63,152 nucleotides of DNA, filler included, from Octopus bimaculoides (GCF_001194135.2; 6 parts of 5 records of this genome joined end to end with filler, not necessarily neighbours in it); one strand, 5' to 3'; counted from the whole stretch's first letter, positions 13,150-25,564 are shown. The notes: generated by a model from the sequence alone, not told the origin. Numbers and translations: made by a program.

Positions 13150-13615
13150 TTATTGTTGTTTAAACTCGCATCAGTCCTGGTTGAGCAAACTTAAGCTCCT
13201 CTAGTCATGACTTACTTCATCTTTTTATAGACCAGAGACTACAATCTCTAATATACCCTTCATATAACACAGTAGAGTGTGATTATGAGGGTGATATGGC
13301 TGCTATTTTTAGTAAATCATACAACCATGTAGAGCAATGGTTCTCAACCATTTTTTTGCTTATTTAACTCTGCTGGAAGCCCCTACCCACCCACCCATCC
13401 AACCATTTGNNNNNNNNNNGTATTTTTATAATTAAATATTATATGCCATTAAGAATTGTATAAAAAAAAAAGTTAAAATATTTTTTGCATTGTAGAACTA
13501 TAACCAGTTTATTTGCACATAATAAACTTTAATAACGAAATTTTATATGGACCCCCAAAGGTCATATGTGGGCCCCTGTTGAGAATCACTGAAGCAGAGA
13601 CTCCTTTACTAACTC
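13150..13615 (+). mobile_element. Dispersed repeat family G, interrupted by an hAT MITE
   Basis: Its 3' part GTGTGATT.TGAGGG.GAT.TGGCTGCTATTT.TAG..ACCATGTAGAG matches the reverse complements at 37480-37660 and 47987-48272. Confidence 0.65.
13335..13591. mobile_element. hAT (Charlie-like) MITE
   Basis: TIRs CAATGGTTCTCAAC (13335-13348) and GTTGAGAATCACTG (13578-13591); 8-bp TSD ATGTAGAG / AAGCAGAG (6/8 match). Confidence 0.85.
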
Positions 13616-14181
13616 CAGAGGTTTTTATTTAGAAATATTAACTTCCTCATTTATGTTCTACATTTAGTAGCCTGTCTTAGTGATACTTAATAGGTCACGA
13701 AAAGTATGCACCATGAGTGGGGTGTATGATGGTTTCAGATGTTAAAAACTGGACTAGTGAGCTGACAAAAATGGCAGGTTTGTTATCATGACAATGTAAT
13801 CAGTGTTTCCAATCATTAAAAGTATGATGATTAGAGACTTGCAAAACTCCAGTATGTCTATCAAATAGAAATATCACCATTGTAACCTCTAACCTGAAGA
13901 TTGCAATAATCGAACCTTGATTTTTTCCCACCCGTCTCTGACTTCTGGTGAATGTGACACTTTCTCTCAGTGGCGTCCAAGAGTCATTTGCAAACTGATC
14001 AGTTTTTATGTCTTTGTATGACAACCAATGCAAGTTTGACCATATTGAAGTCTCCAAAGTAATGATAAACTAAGAAAAGAGCAGCACTTTGGGCAAGTTT
14101 CTCTGGTTGACCAATAACATCTGAGTGTAATTTAGTAAAAAGAAATAAGCTCGAGAAATGTGTGTGTGTGTGTGTGTGTGT

Positions 14182-14556
14182 GTAGGCATGCTTGTGTTGT
14201 AAGAAGTTTACTTCCCACCCACCTAGTTCCAGGTTCAGTCTCACTCCATGACACTTTGGACAAGTGTGTTCCACTACAGCCTCAGGCCGACCAAAGCCTT
14301 GTGAGTGGATTTGGTAGATAGAGACTGAAAGAAGCTGGTCATGTGTGTGTGTGTGTTTGTTCCCTATCAGCGCTTGACAACTGGTGTTGGTATGTTTGTA
14401 CCCCTGTAACTTAGTGGTTTGACAAAAGAGAACGATAAAATAAGTACCACTCTTCAAAAGACAAATACTGGGATTGATTCATTCAACTAAAATTCTTCAA
14501 GGCAAGGCCTCAGCATGACTGCAATCTAATGTCTGAAACATGTAAAAGGTAAAAGA
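14182..14556 (+). mobile_element. SINE family A, full length
   Basis: Head, central module, (TG)n spacer and 3' module ending AATGTCTGAAACATGTAAAAGGTAAAAGAG. Confidence 0.85.
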
Positions 14557-14594
14557 GTATATATATATATATATATACGCACACACATATATAT

Positions 14595-14905
14595 TAGGAG
14601 CAGGCATGGCTGTGTAAAGAAGTTTGTTTCTCAACTACATGGCTTTGGGATCAGTCCTACTGAATGTCACCTTGGGTAAGTATTTTCTGTTAAATAGTCC
14701 CAGGTTGATGACAGCCTTGTGAATGAATTTATTGGATGAAAACTGAAACAATCCCACAGTATGTATATACATGCGGTAAAGGATTTAGCAGTATGACAAA
14801 CAGAAATCAATAAAAAATAAGTACTGCTGAGGATATTTTGAGGCAAAAAGCTGTGATGGTAGTACCTCTACATTGCTACAGTTCAATGGTTAAAACCAAT
14901 AAGAG
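14595..14905 (+). mobile_element. SINE family A, diverged with internal deletions
   Basis: GGAGCAGGCATGGCTGTGT..CACCTTGGGTAAGT..AGCCTTGTGAATGAATTT..GAAAACTGAAA. Confidence 0.65.
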
Positions 14906-15040
14906 GAAAATTTACTCCATAATAATATGTTTACTCTCTGGTCATGTAACAAGTAGCAAATGTTAAGCAAAGTGTCTCAAATCAGACATACAGCCATCAC
15001 AAATAAATAAATAATATGGCTACATATATTTGATTGACTG

Positions 15041-15335
15041 TACCTGAGAAGGTGATGCCCTTACATGACTACAGTCTAATGACTGAAACCAATAAAACTA
15101 TTTTAGTTTCCATCTATCAAATCCACTCAAAGCTTGGTGAGCTATAGTGAAAAGCCTTGTGAATGGATTTTTTGGATGGAAACTGAAACAAGCCCACAGT
15201 ATGTGCAATTGATAGAATAAGTGCTAGGATTAAAAAAACCTCAAACTCTTGGGGTCAGTTCATTCAACTAAAATTCATCAAAGTGGTGTCCCAGCATGGC
15301 CACAGTCTAATGATTGAAACAATTGAAAGGTAAAG
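15041..15335. mobile_element. Mosaic of SINE family A fragments in both orientations
   Basis: Tail fragment (+), central fragment (-) and a central-to-tail fragment (+) abut each other. Confidence 0.6.
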
Positions 15336-15345
15336 GAGATATGTA

Positions 15346-15925
15346 TCTAGTATATATAAATCACAGTATGTGCGTGTATATTGACTAACACATACATTTC
15401 CACAATTCTCAACTAATTTTCACCAAACTTTACACATTACTTATGTGCCAAGGATGGTCATGCACTATAAAATTTTGCCCAGAGCTCCCATGTAAATGGA
15501 CAAACCAAGAAAAATGGTGGTTTACACAGGTTTTTCTCTAATTCGTTGTATGAACATAGTTTTTTTGTATGTAAGGTCTTCCAAACTTTTTTAATCTACA
15601 TGGTCGTATATTGGCATTAGAGAATACTTTTTAGTGGTTTTCACATTGTTTTAATTTATCATTTATTTATAAGTTGTAATAGTGTATTATTACTCTCTAA
15701 ACTTTTTTTATATGTGTTTGGTGTATATTGTTTTAGGGTTTGGTTTGAGAATATTCTAAAAGTGAAAGGATTTTGTCTATTTATTTATTTTGACTGTTAT
15801 CCATACTTTTTAAATCTATATGGTCATATATTTGCCTTACAGAATATTTTTTAGTTGTTTTCACATTTTTTGATTTACTATGTATGTATATGTTAAACCA
15901 TCCAAAGGATGGATGCGTTTGCTAG
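15346..15925 (+). mobile_element. Complete non-autonomous Helitron (580 bp)
   Basis: A|TCTAGTATATATAAA 5' end; 3' hairpin CCATCC-AAA-GGATGG (15898-15912) 9 nt before CTAG|T (15922-15925); internal ~70-bp duplication at 15581 and 15801. Confidence 0.7.
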
Positions 15926-16394
15926 TATATATATATACATATATATATATAAATATATACATACTACGCTGTACCTTGTAAAGGAGGATGACAAAAGAGT
16001 ACCACAAAAGGAGACACTATCACGAAAAAACACAGCCAACTAATGTAACCATAGAAAAAGCAACATAAAGATGCCATGTAGGGGGACTGAACTCAAAACC
16101 ACATGGAAGGGAAGCAAGCTTCTGAACCAACATGGCTATGCTTGCTCATGTGTGTGTGTGTGTGTGTGTGTGTGCTGCTTAGGCAATGTGATGCTAATAA
16201 TCTAGTGCAGAACTCATGAAGCTAATGAAGTTCTTAAGATAATTGTTTATTCCTTTATCATCTCATTTTCTTATATATATATTGTTGTATTTTGGTATGG
16301 TCATTTTTTCTGTTTTTGTTTGCCTAATAAACACATGCACTATATATTTGTTCTTCACTTGTTTGTTACTGTTCTTATTCTAACTCATGTCCAT

Positions 16395-16439
16395 TGTCTG
16401 GAAATCTTTCGTCATACATCCGTGACCTGTTCAGCGACA
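16395..16439 (-). ncRNA. Degenerate type-I hammerhead-like motif (family HH-A)
   Basis: TGTCG-CTGAACA-G-GTCAC..ATGAC-GAAA-GATTTC-CAGACA; core G8 is mutated to C. Confidence 0.5.
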
Positions 16440-16574
16440 CTTTCCGTCTTCGTGAGTGCCCTTGATCTGCTTATTCCAGCGACACTTTTGATCTTCATGT
16501 ATGCTCTTGCTAGGTTTATTCCATTCTCTGGAATGGAATAAGCAGAGCAAGAACACACACCCGAATATGACAAG

Positions 16575-16610
16575 CATCACTGAGGAGATCACAGATGTGT
16601 GATGAAAGAT
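16575..16610 (+). ncRNA. Partial hammerhead-like motif (family HH-A)
   Basis: CTGAGGA-G-ATCACA-GATG-TGTGAT-GAAA-GAT with a perfect 6-bp stem II; the 3' part has diverged. Confidence 0.5.
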
Positions 16611-16856
16611 AAGAACAATAATAAACAAACGAAGAAAAAATATATAATGTGTGTTTATTTGGCAAAAAAAGAAAAAAACGACAACCCCAAAATATAATAT
16701 GTTTCAACACACTACTTCACATCATGAGTCTTGCAACAGAAATTCATATACACACATATATATACAGACATACAAACACACATACACAGCGTCCATAAAT
16801 TACCTTTTTAATTTGATACAATAAATTTTGCAAATTGTAAAAATAACTTATGAACA

Positions 16857-16890
<34 letters not shown>

Positions 16891-16900
16891 NNNNNNNNNN

Positions 16901-16932
<32 letters not shown>

Positions 16933-16933
16933 G

Positions 16934-17022
16934 AACAGTTTCCAGCTACTAGTTCTACTCACAAGGCACTCGCTGGCCTAGAGCTATAGTAGAAAATGCG
17001 CTTGCCCAATGTATCACATAGC
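16934..17022 (-). mobile_element. SINE family A fragment
   Basis: Reverse complement of the central module (ACTCACAAGGC..GAGCTATAGTAGAAAA..CTTGCCCAA). Confidence 0.65.
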
Positions 17023-17293
17023 AGCATTTTGGGCATTTTCTCAAAACCCCATGACTGCAAAACAAACTGTTTTAAGAACATGGAAAACCTTGCTCAGGGA
17101 CACAACCATAAAACAACTGTAATAATATTTGAGTAGATGACCATGTAACCAATAAACAATTTCACATCTTAGCCTCTTCATTATGGAGCACTACATCAGA
17201 AAATATTCATGCTAATTAGACTATACAAATATTTTTGCACATACATCAAAAACTTAGTTTTATGTTCAGACCAATAACAACAACAATAATAAT

Positions 17294-17330
<37 letters not shown>

Positions 17331-17604
17331 TGCTGGCTGTTAAAAAGAAGAATACTCAATATCGTAATAGAGATAAGAGATTAATAATATATTTCATTTT
17401 GGTAGAGTCAGTCTCTTGCCACTCATAACTTGCCTGAAGACCTTGTGCACACATGAGTGAAACTCAGAGGAGCGCAACTCGTATGTGTATTGAACTCTGC
17501 ATTACGACATGGTCTGTTAGCCGAGTCCGCTAGAGGAGCTTTCTGAGACACGATTCAATGAATCCATATATTACACTACAAATTTATATATATATATGTA
17601 TATC

Positions 17605-17931
17605 TTTTATCTCTTATTTTGTTACAGTCATTTGACTGCAGCCATGCTGGGGCACTGCCATTAAGGGTTTTAGCCAAATAAATCAACACCAGCCTTGTAC
17701 ATATTCTTATTGGTCATTTTGCCGAACTGCTAGGCTATGGGGACGCAAACACACCAAGACTGGTCATCAAGTGGTGGGAGGGGACAAGCACAGACACAAA
17801 AACCCCCACACACACACACACATAGGTTTCTTTCAGTTTCTGTCTACCAAATCATACACAAGGCTTTGGCCAGCCCAAGGCTACAACAGTAGAAGACACT
17901 TACCCAAAGTGCCACACAGTGGAACTGAACC
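17605..17931 (-). mobile_element. SINE family A (head runs into gap)
   Basis: Reverse-complement tail CAGTCATTTGACTGCAGCCATGCTGGGGCAC, (CA)n spacer and central module. Confidence 0.85.
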
Positions 17932-18486
17932 NNNNNNNNNNNNNNNNNNNNNNNNNNNNNNNNNNNNNNNNNNNNNNNNNNNNNNNNNNNNNNNNNNNNN
18001 NNNNNNNNNNNNNNNNNNNNNNNNNNNNNNNNNNNNNNNNNNNNNNNNNNNNNNNNNNNNNNNNNNNNNNNNNNNNNNNNNNNNNNNNNNNNNNNNNNNN
18101 NNNNNNNNNNNNNNNNNNNNNNNNNNNNNNNNNNNNNNNNNNNNNNNNNNNNNNNNNNNNNNNNNNNNNNNNNNNNNNNNNNNNNNNNNNNNNNNNNNNN
18201 NNNNNNNNNNNNNNNNNNNNNNNNNNNNNNNNNNNNNNNNNNNNNNNNNNNNNNNNNNNNNNNNNNNNNNNNNNNNNNNNNNNNNNNNNNNNNNNNNNNN
18301 NNNNNNNNNNNNNNNNNNNNNNNNNNNNNNNNNNNNNNNNNNNNNNNNNNNNNNNNNNNNNNNNNNNNNNNNNNNNNNNNNNNNNNNNNNNNNNNNNNNN
18401 NNNNNNNNNNNNNNNNNNNNNNNNNNNNNNNNNNNNNNNNNNNNNNNNNNNNNNNNNNNNNNNNNNNNNNNNNNNNNNNNNNNNNN

Positions 18487-18529
<43 letters not shown>

Positions 18530-18539
18530 CTGTATAATC

Positions 18540-18867
18540 TTTATCTTTTACTTGTTTCAGACATTGGACTGCAGGCGTGCAGGGCACCAGCTTGAAGAAT
18601 TTTAGTTGAACGAATTGACACCAGTACTCATTTTTCTTGAAGCCTGGTACTTATTCTATCAGGTTCTTTTGCCAAGCTGCTAAGTTACAGAAATATAAAC
18701 AAACACAGGTTGTCAAGTGTTGGCAGGGGACAAGCACAAACACACACACACACACTTAACAGCCTACTTTCAGTTTCCATCAACCAAATCCGCTGATAAG
18801 GCTTTGGTTAGCCTGGGATTAGAGCAGAAGACACTCGCTCAAGATGTCATGCAGTGGGACGGAACCA
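18540..18867 (-). mobile_element. SINE family A
   Basis: Same modules as 17605-17931. Confidence 0.8.
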
Positions 18868-20066
18868 TTATATTATAAATATATATAGAAATGTACATAT
18901 GATATATATATATATACATATATGCACACACACAAATATATAATATATAAATATACATATATATGTACACATAATATATATAACAATATACATATGTATT
19001 AATATACTTATATTATACACACATACAAAACAATTACACATACATACATGTACATATACATGCATACACACACATGCTTACTCAAACACACATATGTAAG
19101 CACAAGCATACATACACACATACCTGCATACATACATACAAAACTTGAATCTTGTGACATGAATAGAAAAAAAAAAATTAACCTTTTCACTCACATATTG
19201 CACTTAGATGCTGGTGAAATACAATAGTCATAAAACTATGCCAGTATGATGTGAAAATAAGCCTCAACACCATGTGTCACTATAAGCATTTTAAAACACA
19301 CACACACACACACACACAAAAGAAAGAAAGAGAAATAAAAGAAAAAAAATCAAAATACGTAATCAAATGTGGCAGGGAAGGGGTGGGACGTGGGGGAGCG
19401 GTTATAAAGCCTATCCATTTATATTGATAATGGCATTTTTTTTTTCATTTATTTATTAAGCAAACAATGAAATATTCAATCAATATACAACACTCTTTAA
19501 AACATACAGGAGACACTCAGTGAATAGCATCAAAGAGGGTCTAATTTATGTTTTGAAGCGCTCGGCATAAAACGATTATCTGCATTTTTAATAATATAAA
19601 TTCATAGTTTGAGTGGGTGGGGTGTGTATGTGTATGTGTGTGTGTGTGTAAAGGTGGAGTGGGGGGTTAGCGGGGGTTGAGAGAGAGAGAGAGAAAGAGA
19701 GACGGAGCGAGAAATGTGTGATGTCATATTTATGGCAACTTTTTAAAAGGTTTTTCTGTATATAAATTAGGACACCAGACAGAGAAAAGCAGACAAACAG
19801 ACATGAGAGAAAGAGAGAGAGAGAGAAAGAGGAGACAGACAGACAGATTGACAGATAGACAGACAGAAAGACACACACAGAGAAGTGGGGGGAGAGGAGA
19901 GCAGAGCTGCCACTACTTGCGCATATGCATACACATACCTTGCAACCAAATCTTGAACGATCGTGGGATAAAATAATGTTTCACCAGGTGAAAATGTATG
20001 AAAAAAAGATCTCACAGCAAGTGCAAAGAGGAATTAGAATCAAACATAAACCTAGTATACATACAT

Positions 20067-20112
<46 letters not shown>

Positions 20113-20304
20113 GGGAACGAGAGTTCTACATGTGACATATTCATATTTGTGCAACCAGTAGAGTAACTAGTAGCCACGAAGGCTTTTAGCTAATGAAAGG
20201 TATCCATATGGTTGCGAGACTGTTAGGAAAGCGCAACCAAATCACTGTTAAATCACACTCTACTGCCTTCAAATTAGCACTGCAGCAGACACAATTGTGG
20301 CTGC

Positions 20305-20446
20305 ATGGTAAGAAGCCCCCCCCCCCAACAGCATGGTGCCAGGTTCAGTTCCATTGCACAGCACTTCCAGCAGATATCTTCTACTATATTTCCAGGTTGA
20401 CCAAAGCCTTCTGCATGGATTTGCAGGGAAACTGAAAGAAGTCTGT

Positions 20447-20480
<34 letters not shown>

Positions 20481-20717
20481 CGCGCGCATGCATGTGTGTG
20501 TGTGTTTGTGTCTATGTTTGTCCCTCAGCATCACTTGACAACTAGTACTGGCGCATTTACGTCCTCATAACTTAGCAGTTCAGCAAATAGGACCGATAGA
20601 ACAAGCATCAGGCTTACAAAAATATAAGTCATGGGGTCAATTTGTTCAGCTAAAACCCTTCAAGGCAATGCCCCAGCATGGCCGCAGTCAAATGACTGAA
20701 ACAAGTAAAAGATAAGA
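20305..20717 (+). mobile_element. SINE family A, full length
   Basis: Head, central module, (TG)n spacer and tail CCCAGCATGGCCGCAGTCAAATGACTGAAACAAGTAAAAGA. Confidence 0.85.
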
Positions 20718-20769
20718 TGTTTGTGTGTATGTGCATGCGTGCCTCTGTGTGTGTGTGTGTGTGTGCGTG

Positions 20770-21022
20770 CGAGTGTTTTCTTGGCTTGACATTATATGAT
20801 AGTTGTAAAGGAGTATCACTGTCTTACAAGCAATGTCATTTATTTCCAATATTGTCTAAGAACATGTTTGGCCATGGAAAAACATTACCTTGCTTGGAAA
20901 CAGGTGAGGTTTTGGAACAGGAAGGGCATTTGACTGTAGTAAATCGATCTCAAATAAGCTCAGTCTGATCCATGCTTACACAGAAAAGTTGGATATTAAA
21001 TGAAGATGAGGATGATGATGAT
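20770..21022 (+). mobile_element. RTE-tail non-autonomous retroelement
   Basis: CATGTTTGGCCATGG..TTACCTTGCTTGGAAACAGGTGAGG..AGGAAGGGCAT..GATATTAAA with a (TGA)n-like tail. Confidence 0.7.
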
Positions 21023-21734
21023 AATGTGCTCCTATATATAGTGTGAGTGCGTGTCTGTGGTGGGGAAACTAGCAGAGAATGAACCTTGCTAGAACATCTT
21101 TGATCCTAGATCTATTTGGTCAGGACTTGTCTGGAACTAAAGAACAAAAACATAAGCATTGTACAGAAGAGAAAAAAATAATGAGAATATGATGCTGTTT
21201 AGTTAGGATGTGTACAAGTGCACTAGAGAAATTTACCAGAAGCTAATCACAAGACAATGGAGCATCAGTATTGCAGAAGACAAAAACATTGTTAGCAGGC
21301 TGTTTGTATAGCTGCAAGTTGCAAGTTTGACACTTCTGGTATAGAACAACAAACCGACAATATTCAAATAGCTTAAGTTGTATTTAAAAAAAGAAAGACA
21401 GCCTCAGAAGATTTCTTTGTTTTTTTTTTTTGCGGCTTATTTTTTTTTTTGAATATTTTTCACTATATTTTATATTTTTATACTTTTCTCACAAGATTTC
21501 TGATGAAAATTATGAGGTGGGAAAAAGAAAAAAAAACAAAGTGAAAAATGGAAATAGATGATGCGTTAGAGAGAGAAAGTGTGTAAAGTTAGGAAGTGTA
21601 TGGGGAAGAAAATGTAAAAGAGAGGTTCCGTTGTGGTTCAGGGGAAGAATAACTAACAAGATGTGAAAGATACGAAAACTACAAAACACAGATACATAAA
21701 ACACATCATAGAATATGCATAATTACCTAGATGA

Positions 21735-21768
<34 letters not shown>

Positions 21769-21799
21769 TTATATGCATATATACATTTATTTATATATG

Positions 21800-21851
<52 letters not shown>

Positions 21852-21869
21852 GTATGTATATACACACTA

Positions 21870-22078
21870 CAGGAAGGCCCAAAAGTAGGTTTACAGTTAT
21901 TCAACAGTTTAGATCTTAATTCTAAAAAAATATGAAACCATTATTCTAAGCTAATTTAGTTCATTTTGTCAAGCTCCCTTTTCGGTTTGTAAGATAGAGG
22001 TTTAAATGTAATAAAATGTTTTAAAAGAAATCTAAAGTACCTATGTGATAACTGTAAACCTACTTTTGGGCCACCCTA
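21870..22078. mobile_element. Tc1/mariner MITE (209 bp)
   Basis: ~31-bp TIRs containing GGCCCAAAAGTAGGTTTACAGTTAT / ATAACTGTAAACCTACTTTTGGGCC; TA on both flanks. Confidence 0.9.
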
Positions 22079-22120
22079 TATATATATATATAAATACATA
22101 CATATACACATATATAAATG

Positions 22121-22168
<48 letters not shown>

Positions 22169-22223
22169 CATAAACTTACACATATACATACACATACATG
22201 TGTGCATTCACGCACTCAACACA

Positions 22224-22443
22224 TGTGGTGGTGCTGAGAAGTTCCTGGCTTTGGGTAAAAGGAAATAATACAGAAGGATCAGTTAATTATGATTTTATTC
22301 AACATATTCTCCTTTCAGATTCATGCACTTATTGCAGTGGTCCTTCAGTTTTTCTAAGCTTTGTAAAAAAACTTGGAAGGTCAGGCCTTCAACCAGGCCT
22401 TTCATGATATCCTTAAAGCAAGGAACTTTTCAGTACCGCCTTG
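22224..22443 (-). mobile_element. Internally deleted mariner derivative (~220 bp)
   Basis: TIRs GGTGCTGAGAAGTTCCTGGCTTT / AAAGCAAGGAACTTTTCAGTACC; the interior encodes the mariner C-terminus LEKLKDHCNKCMNLKGEYVE*. Confidence 0.85.
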
Positions 22444-22740
22444 CGTGTGTGTATGCATATATGTGTGTGTGTGAGGACGCATGTCCTAATGGTTGCACTC
22501 AGGATTGTGAGATCATGGCTTCAATTCCTAGATTGGGTGATGCATTGTGTTCTTGATTACTTTGAAACCTGACATGTGGTACACAATACACCTGTTTAGA
22601 CAATGTCAATATGATGGAGGGAGTGAACTAATGTGTGGCATGAACATTTGATCACTATAAACAAATCATTTGTGAGGTTGTTCAACAATAACTGAATGCT
22701 TGTATATTATCTTCAACAGGGGAGTCCAGCATATATATAA

Positions 22741-22819
<79 letters not shown>

Positions 22820-23090
22820 TATCTATAGAAAGAGATTAGTTAGCGGATTCATTAGAATCTAGGCTCATCAACATGTATGACACTAGGACTGGCTAAGTAC
22901 CATAACATTTGAGTTCACAGTAGGGTGAAAACAACCATGATATATTACATGGGTAGTGTACCATAGGTATGTATGCATATGTGTGTAAAGATACCAAATC
23001 CAGTATAAACCATAAGTTCAACTCAGGGTTGGTTCCAAGTCTGGCATAAGTATAAAAAGAAGAAAATATATGTACACGTATGTATATATA

Positions 23091-23288
23091 GCTGGCAAAA
23101 ATGAATTGTACCTGTATTTCAAAGGGCCAGCCTGTCCCATCTTGTGTCATGCTGGATCACCAAAAACTATGTTAAGGGTGTGCATGTCAGTGGAGAGCTC
23201 AGCTACTCGCACATAAATTTCATGTGCAGGCTGTTCCATTGATTGAATGAACTAGAACACTCATCATCATAACCAACAGAGCGCCTCC
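23091..23288 (+). mobile_element. SINE family D, 5'-truncated
   Basis: Homologous to 12950-13144 (GTACCTGTATTTCAAAGGGCCAGCC..TATGTTAAGG..GCTGTTCCATTGAT). Confidence 0.75.
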
Positions 23289-23295
23289 ATATAAT

Positions 23296-23416
<121 letters not shown>

Positions 23417-23834
23417 CACACACACACACTTATAGGCATATATACATATATATAAATATATACTTATACACACACAACTATATATATACTCTATTATTAC
23501 TACTACTAAAGTAACCCAGAATTAAGGATGATTGATTTGGTAAATCCATGCATGTGCTAATATTTTTAGGTGCCTATGTAGAAACAGGCCCTCATATCCT
23601 TCCCATTCTAGATCCAGGAAAACATCCAAAATGTATCAGCTGGAGGGAGAAAGAGCTAGACCACCATTCAATTGCTACTTATTTGAACTGAGTGTAAATA
23701 AAGCAGCATAAGATGAAGTGCCTTGCTCAAGGACACAATGCACAGCATGTTTCAAGAACCAAACCCACAATCTTATGATCATGTGTGCTATGCTCTTAAC
23801 ACACGACATGCATTTTCACACATTATGTATCAGT

Positions 23835-24023
23835 TTCAAATTTTGGCCTAAGGCCAGCACTTTCGGGGTGGAGGTAAGTCGATTACATCAACCCCAGTAC
23901 TTGACTGGTACTTATTTTATCGACCCCAAAAGGATGAAAGACAAAGTCGATCTCCACAGAATTTGAATTCAGAATGTAAAGATGGACAAAATGCCTCTAA
24001 TGCATCCACAAGCTCACTGCCTT
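23835..24023 (-). mobile_element. tRNA-headed SINE family B
   Basis: Reverse complement of the B consensus (GGTACTTATTTTATCGACCCC.AAAGGATGAAAG.CAAAGTCGA..GAATTTGAATTCAGAA). Confidence 0.85.
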
Positions 24024-24189
24024 TTTCACACATGCAGGGCTGGACAAAAGTAGGTATATACACTTGCTTAATATGAGTCGAATGATCTTTTCATTTCTCT
24101 CTTTCTTTTTGGGGAGAAGAACAAAAAGAACATTCCAGTCATATAAAGCAAATGTATACTTTTTTTTGTCTATGCCTCTATATCACCAT

Positions 24190-24380
24190 TTTTTAATACC
24201 GACTTTTCTGTGCTTGCATGGGTGGTAGGATGAAATTTTATCAAGGCGGATTTTCTATGGCTGGATGTCCTTTCTGTTGCCAACCTTCACCTGTTTCAGG
24301 GCAAGGTAATATTTCCCATGACCAGACATGTCTTCATGGAAGTTTTGGAAACGAAGGGCACTGGTTGCATCATGTCGAGG
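24190..24380 (-). mobile_element. RTE-tail non-autonomous retroelement
   Basis: Reverse complement of the 20770-21022 type. Confidence 0.7.
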
Positions 24381-24620
24381 CAACCACCAAAAGCACCAGT
24401 AGGTCTGTCTACTCTCTAGTTTCTTTAAGCAATACTATGACATATTCTTCCATTTCCTAAGGAAATGAATAAATATTATGTGTGAATATCTCTGGCCCAG
24501 TTTGTAATCAAAGTTGATTAGAATCAAAACAGAATTAGCTCTGTAAAACTAATTACTTCCTGAACTAATGAGTACCTTGTTTTGTATCAGTAAGCTTTGT
24601 TCTCATGGACAAACACATAT

Positions 24621-24995
24621 CTTTTATCTTTTACTTGCTTCAGTCATTAGATTTCAGCCATACTTGGACACACCACCTTGAAGGCTTTAGCTGAACAAAT
24701 TTAGCAGAGTACTTTTTTTTTTAAAAGTCTGGAACTTATTCTATCAGTCTTTTTTGTCAAACTGTTAAGTTATGGGGATGTAAACAAACCAACACTGATT
24801 ACCAAGCAGTGGTGGTGGTAAGACAACCATATGTATGTGTGTGTGTGCATATGGGGTGGCTTCCATACAGTTTCCATCAATCAAATTCACTCACAAGGCA
24901 TCGGTCAGCTTAGGGCTAAATTAGAAGACACTTGACCAAGGTGCTGTACAGAGTGACTGAACCACATGGTTTAAAATTGAGCTTCTTAACCACAC
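24621..24995 (-). mobile_element. SINE family A, full length
   Basis: Tail, (TG) spacer, central module and head are all recognisable. Confidence 0.8.
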
Positions 24996-25564
24996 ACATT
25001 TCATTAAATCCAACCTGGAGTGTCAGTTTAACTATCTTTTGATGATCAAATTCTCATGGCTGCACAAAATTCAAGAAATATACAATGCAGACATGTCTAA
25101 ATAGGTATTACTCCAGACAAGATTTCTTGGAGTTTATTTCATTTCCCACCATGTCTGTCAAATTTTCAGCGCCATTCAGAATAGCTTCTTTGTCAGTAGG
25201 AGACTCTTTTATTCTTCTAACACTAAAAACCTACCTGCCATGGAATTTTCACTTTCAGCACTAAAACCTGATTCTTCTTTAGGTCACATAACAAGTATAA
25301 TAAGTTTGTGACTAGTAATAAACTTTGGGATTTATGCTGGTGCATAACCTGCAGTCATAAATTCAATAGCTTTTTCCTTATTTTTTACTATGTTGACTCT
25401 ATTTCTAGTTAATTTTTGTGCTAACAGTACAAGCCCAAGACCATTTATCCAGCTCCCCAAAACCTAGAATTACCACAAAATTGTTTATTTTAAAAGTGAA
25501 TAATTTTTCAGTCTTCTGAGCTTTAAATAATTTCCCCTCAGCTTTACTTTTTACGTCATACATA

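Noticed and set aside
25080-25460. Purine-rich coding-like minus-strand stretch (..ESPTDKEAILNGAENLTDMVGNEINSKKSCLE*)
   Set aside because: Several in-frame stops and no recognisable family; cannot be supported as an exon or transposon.
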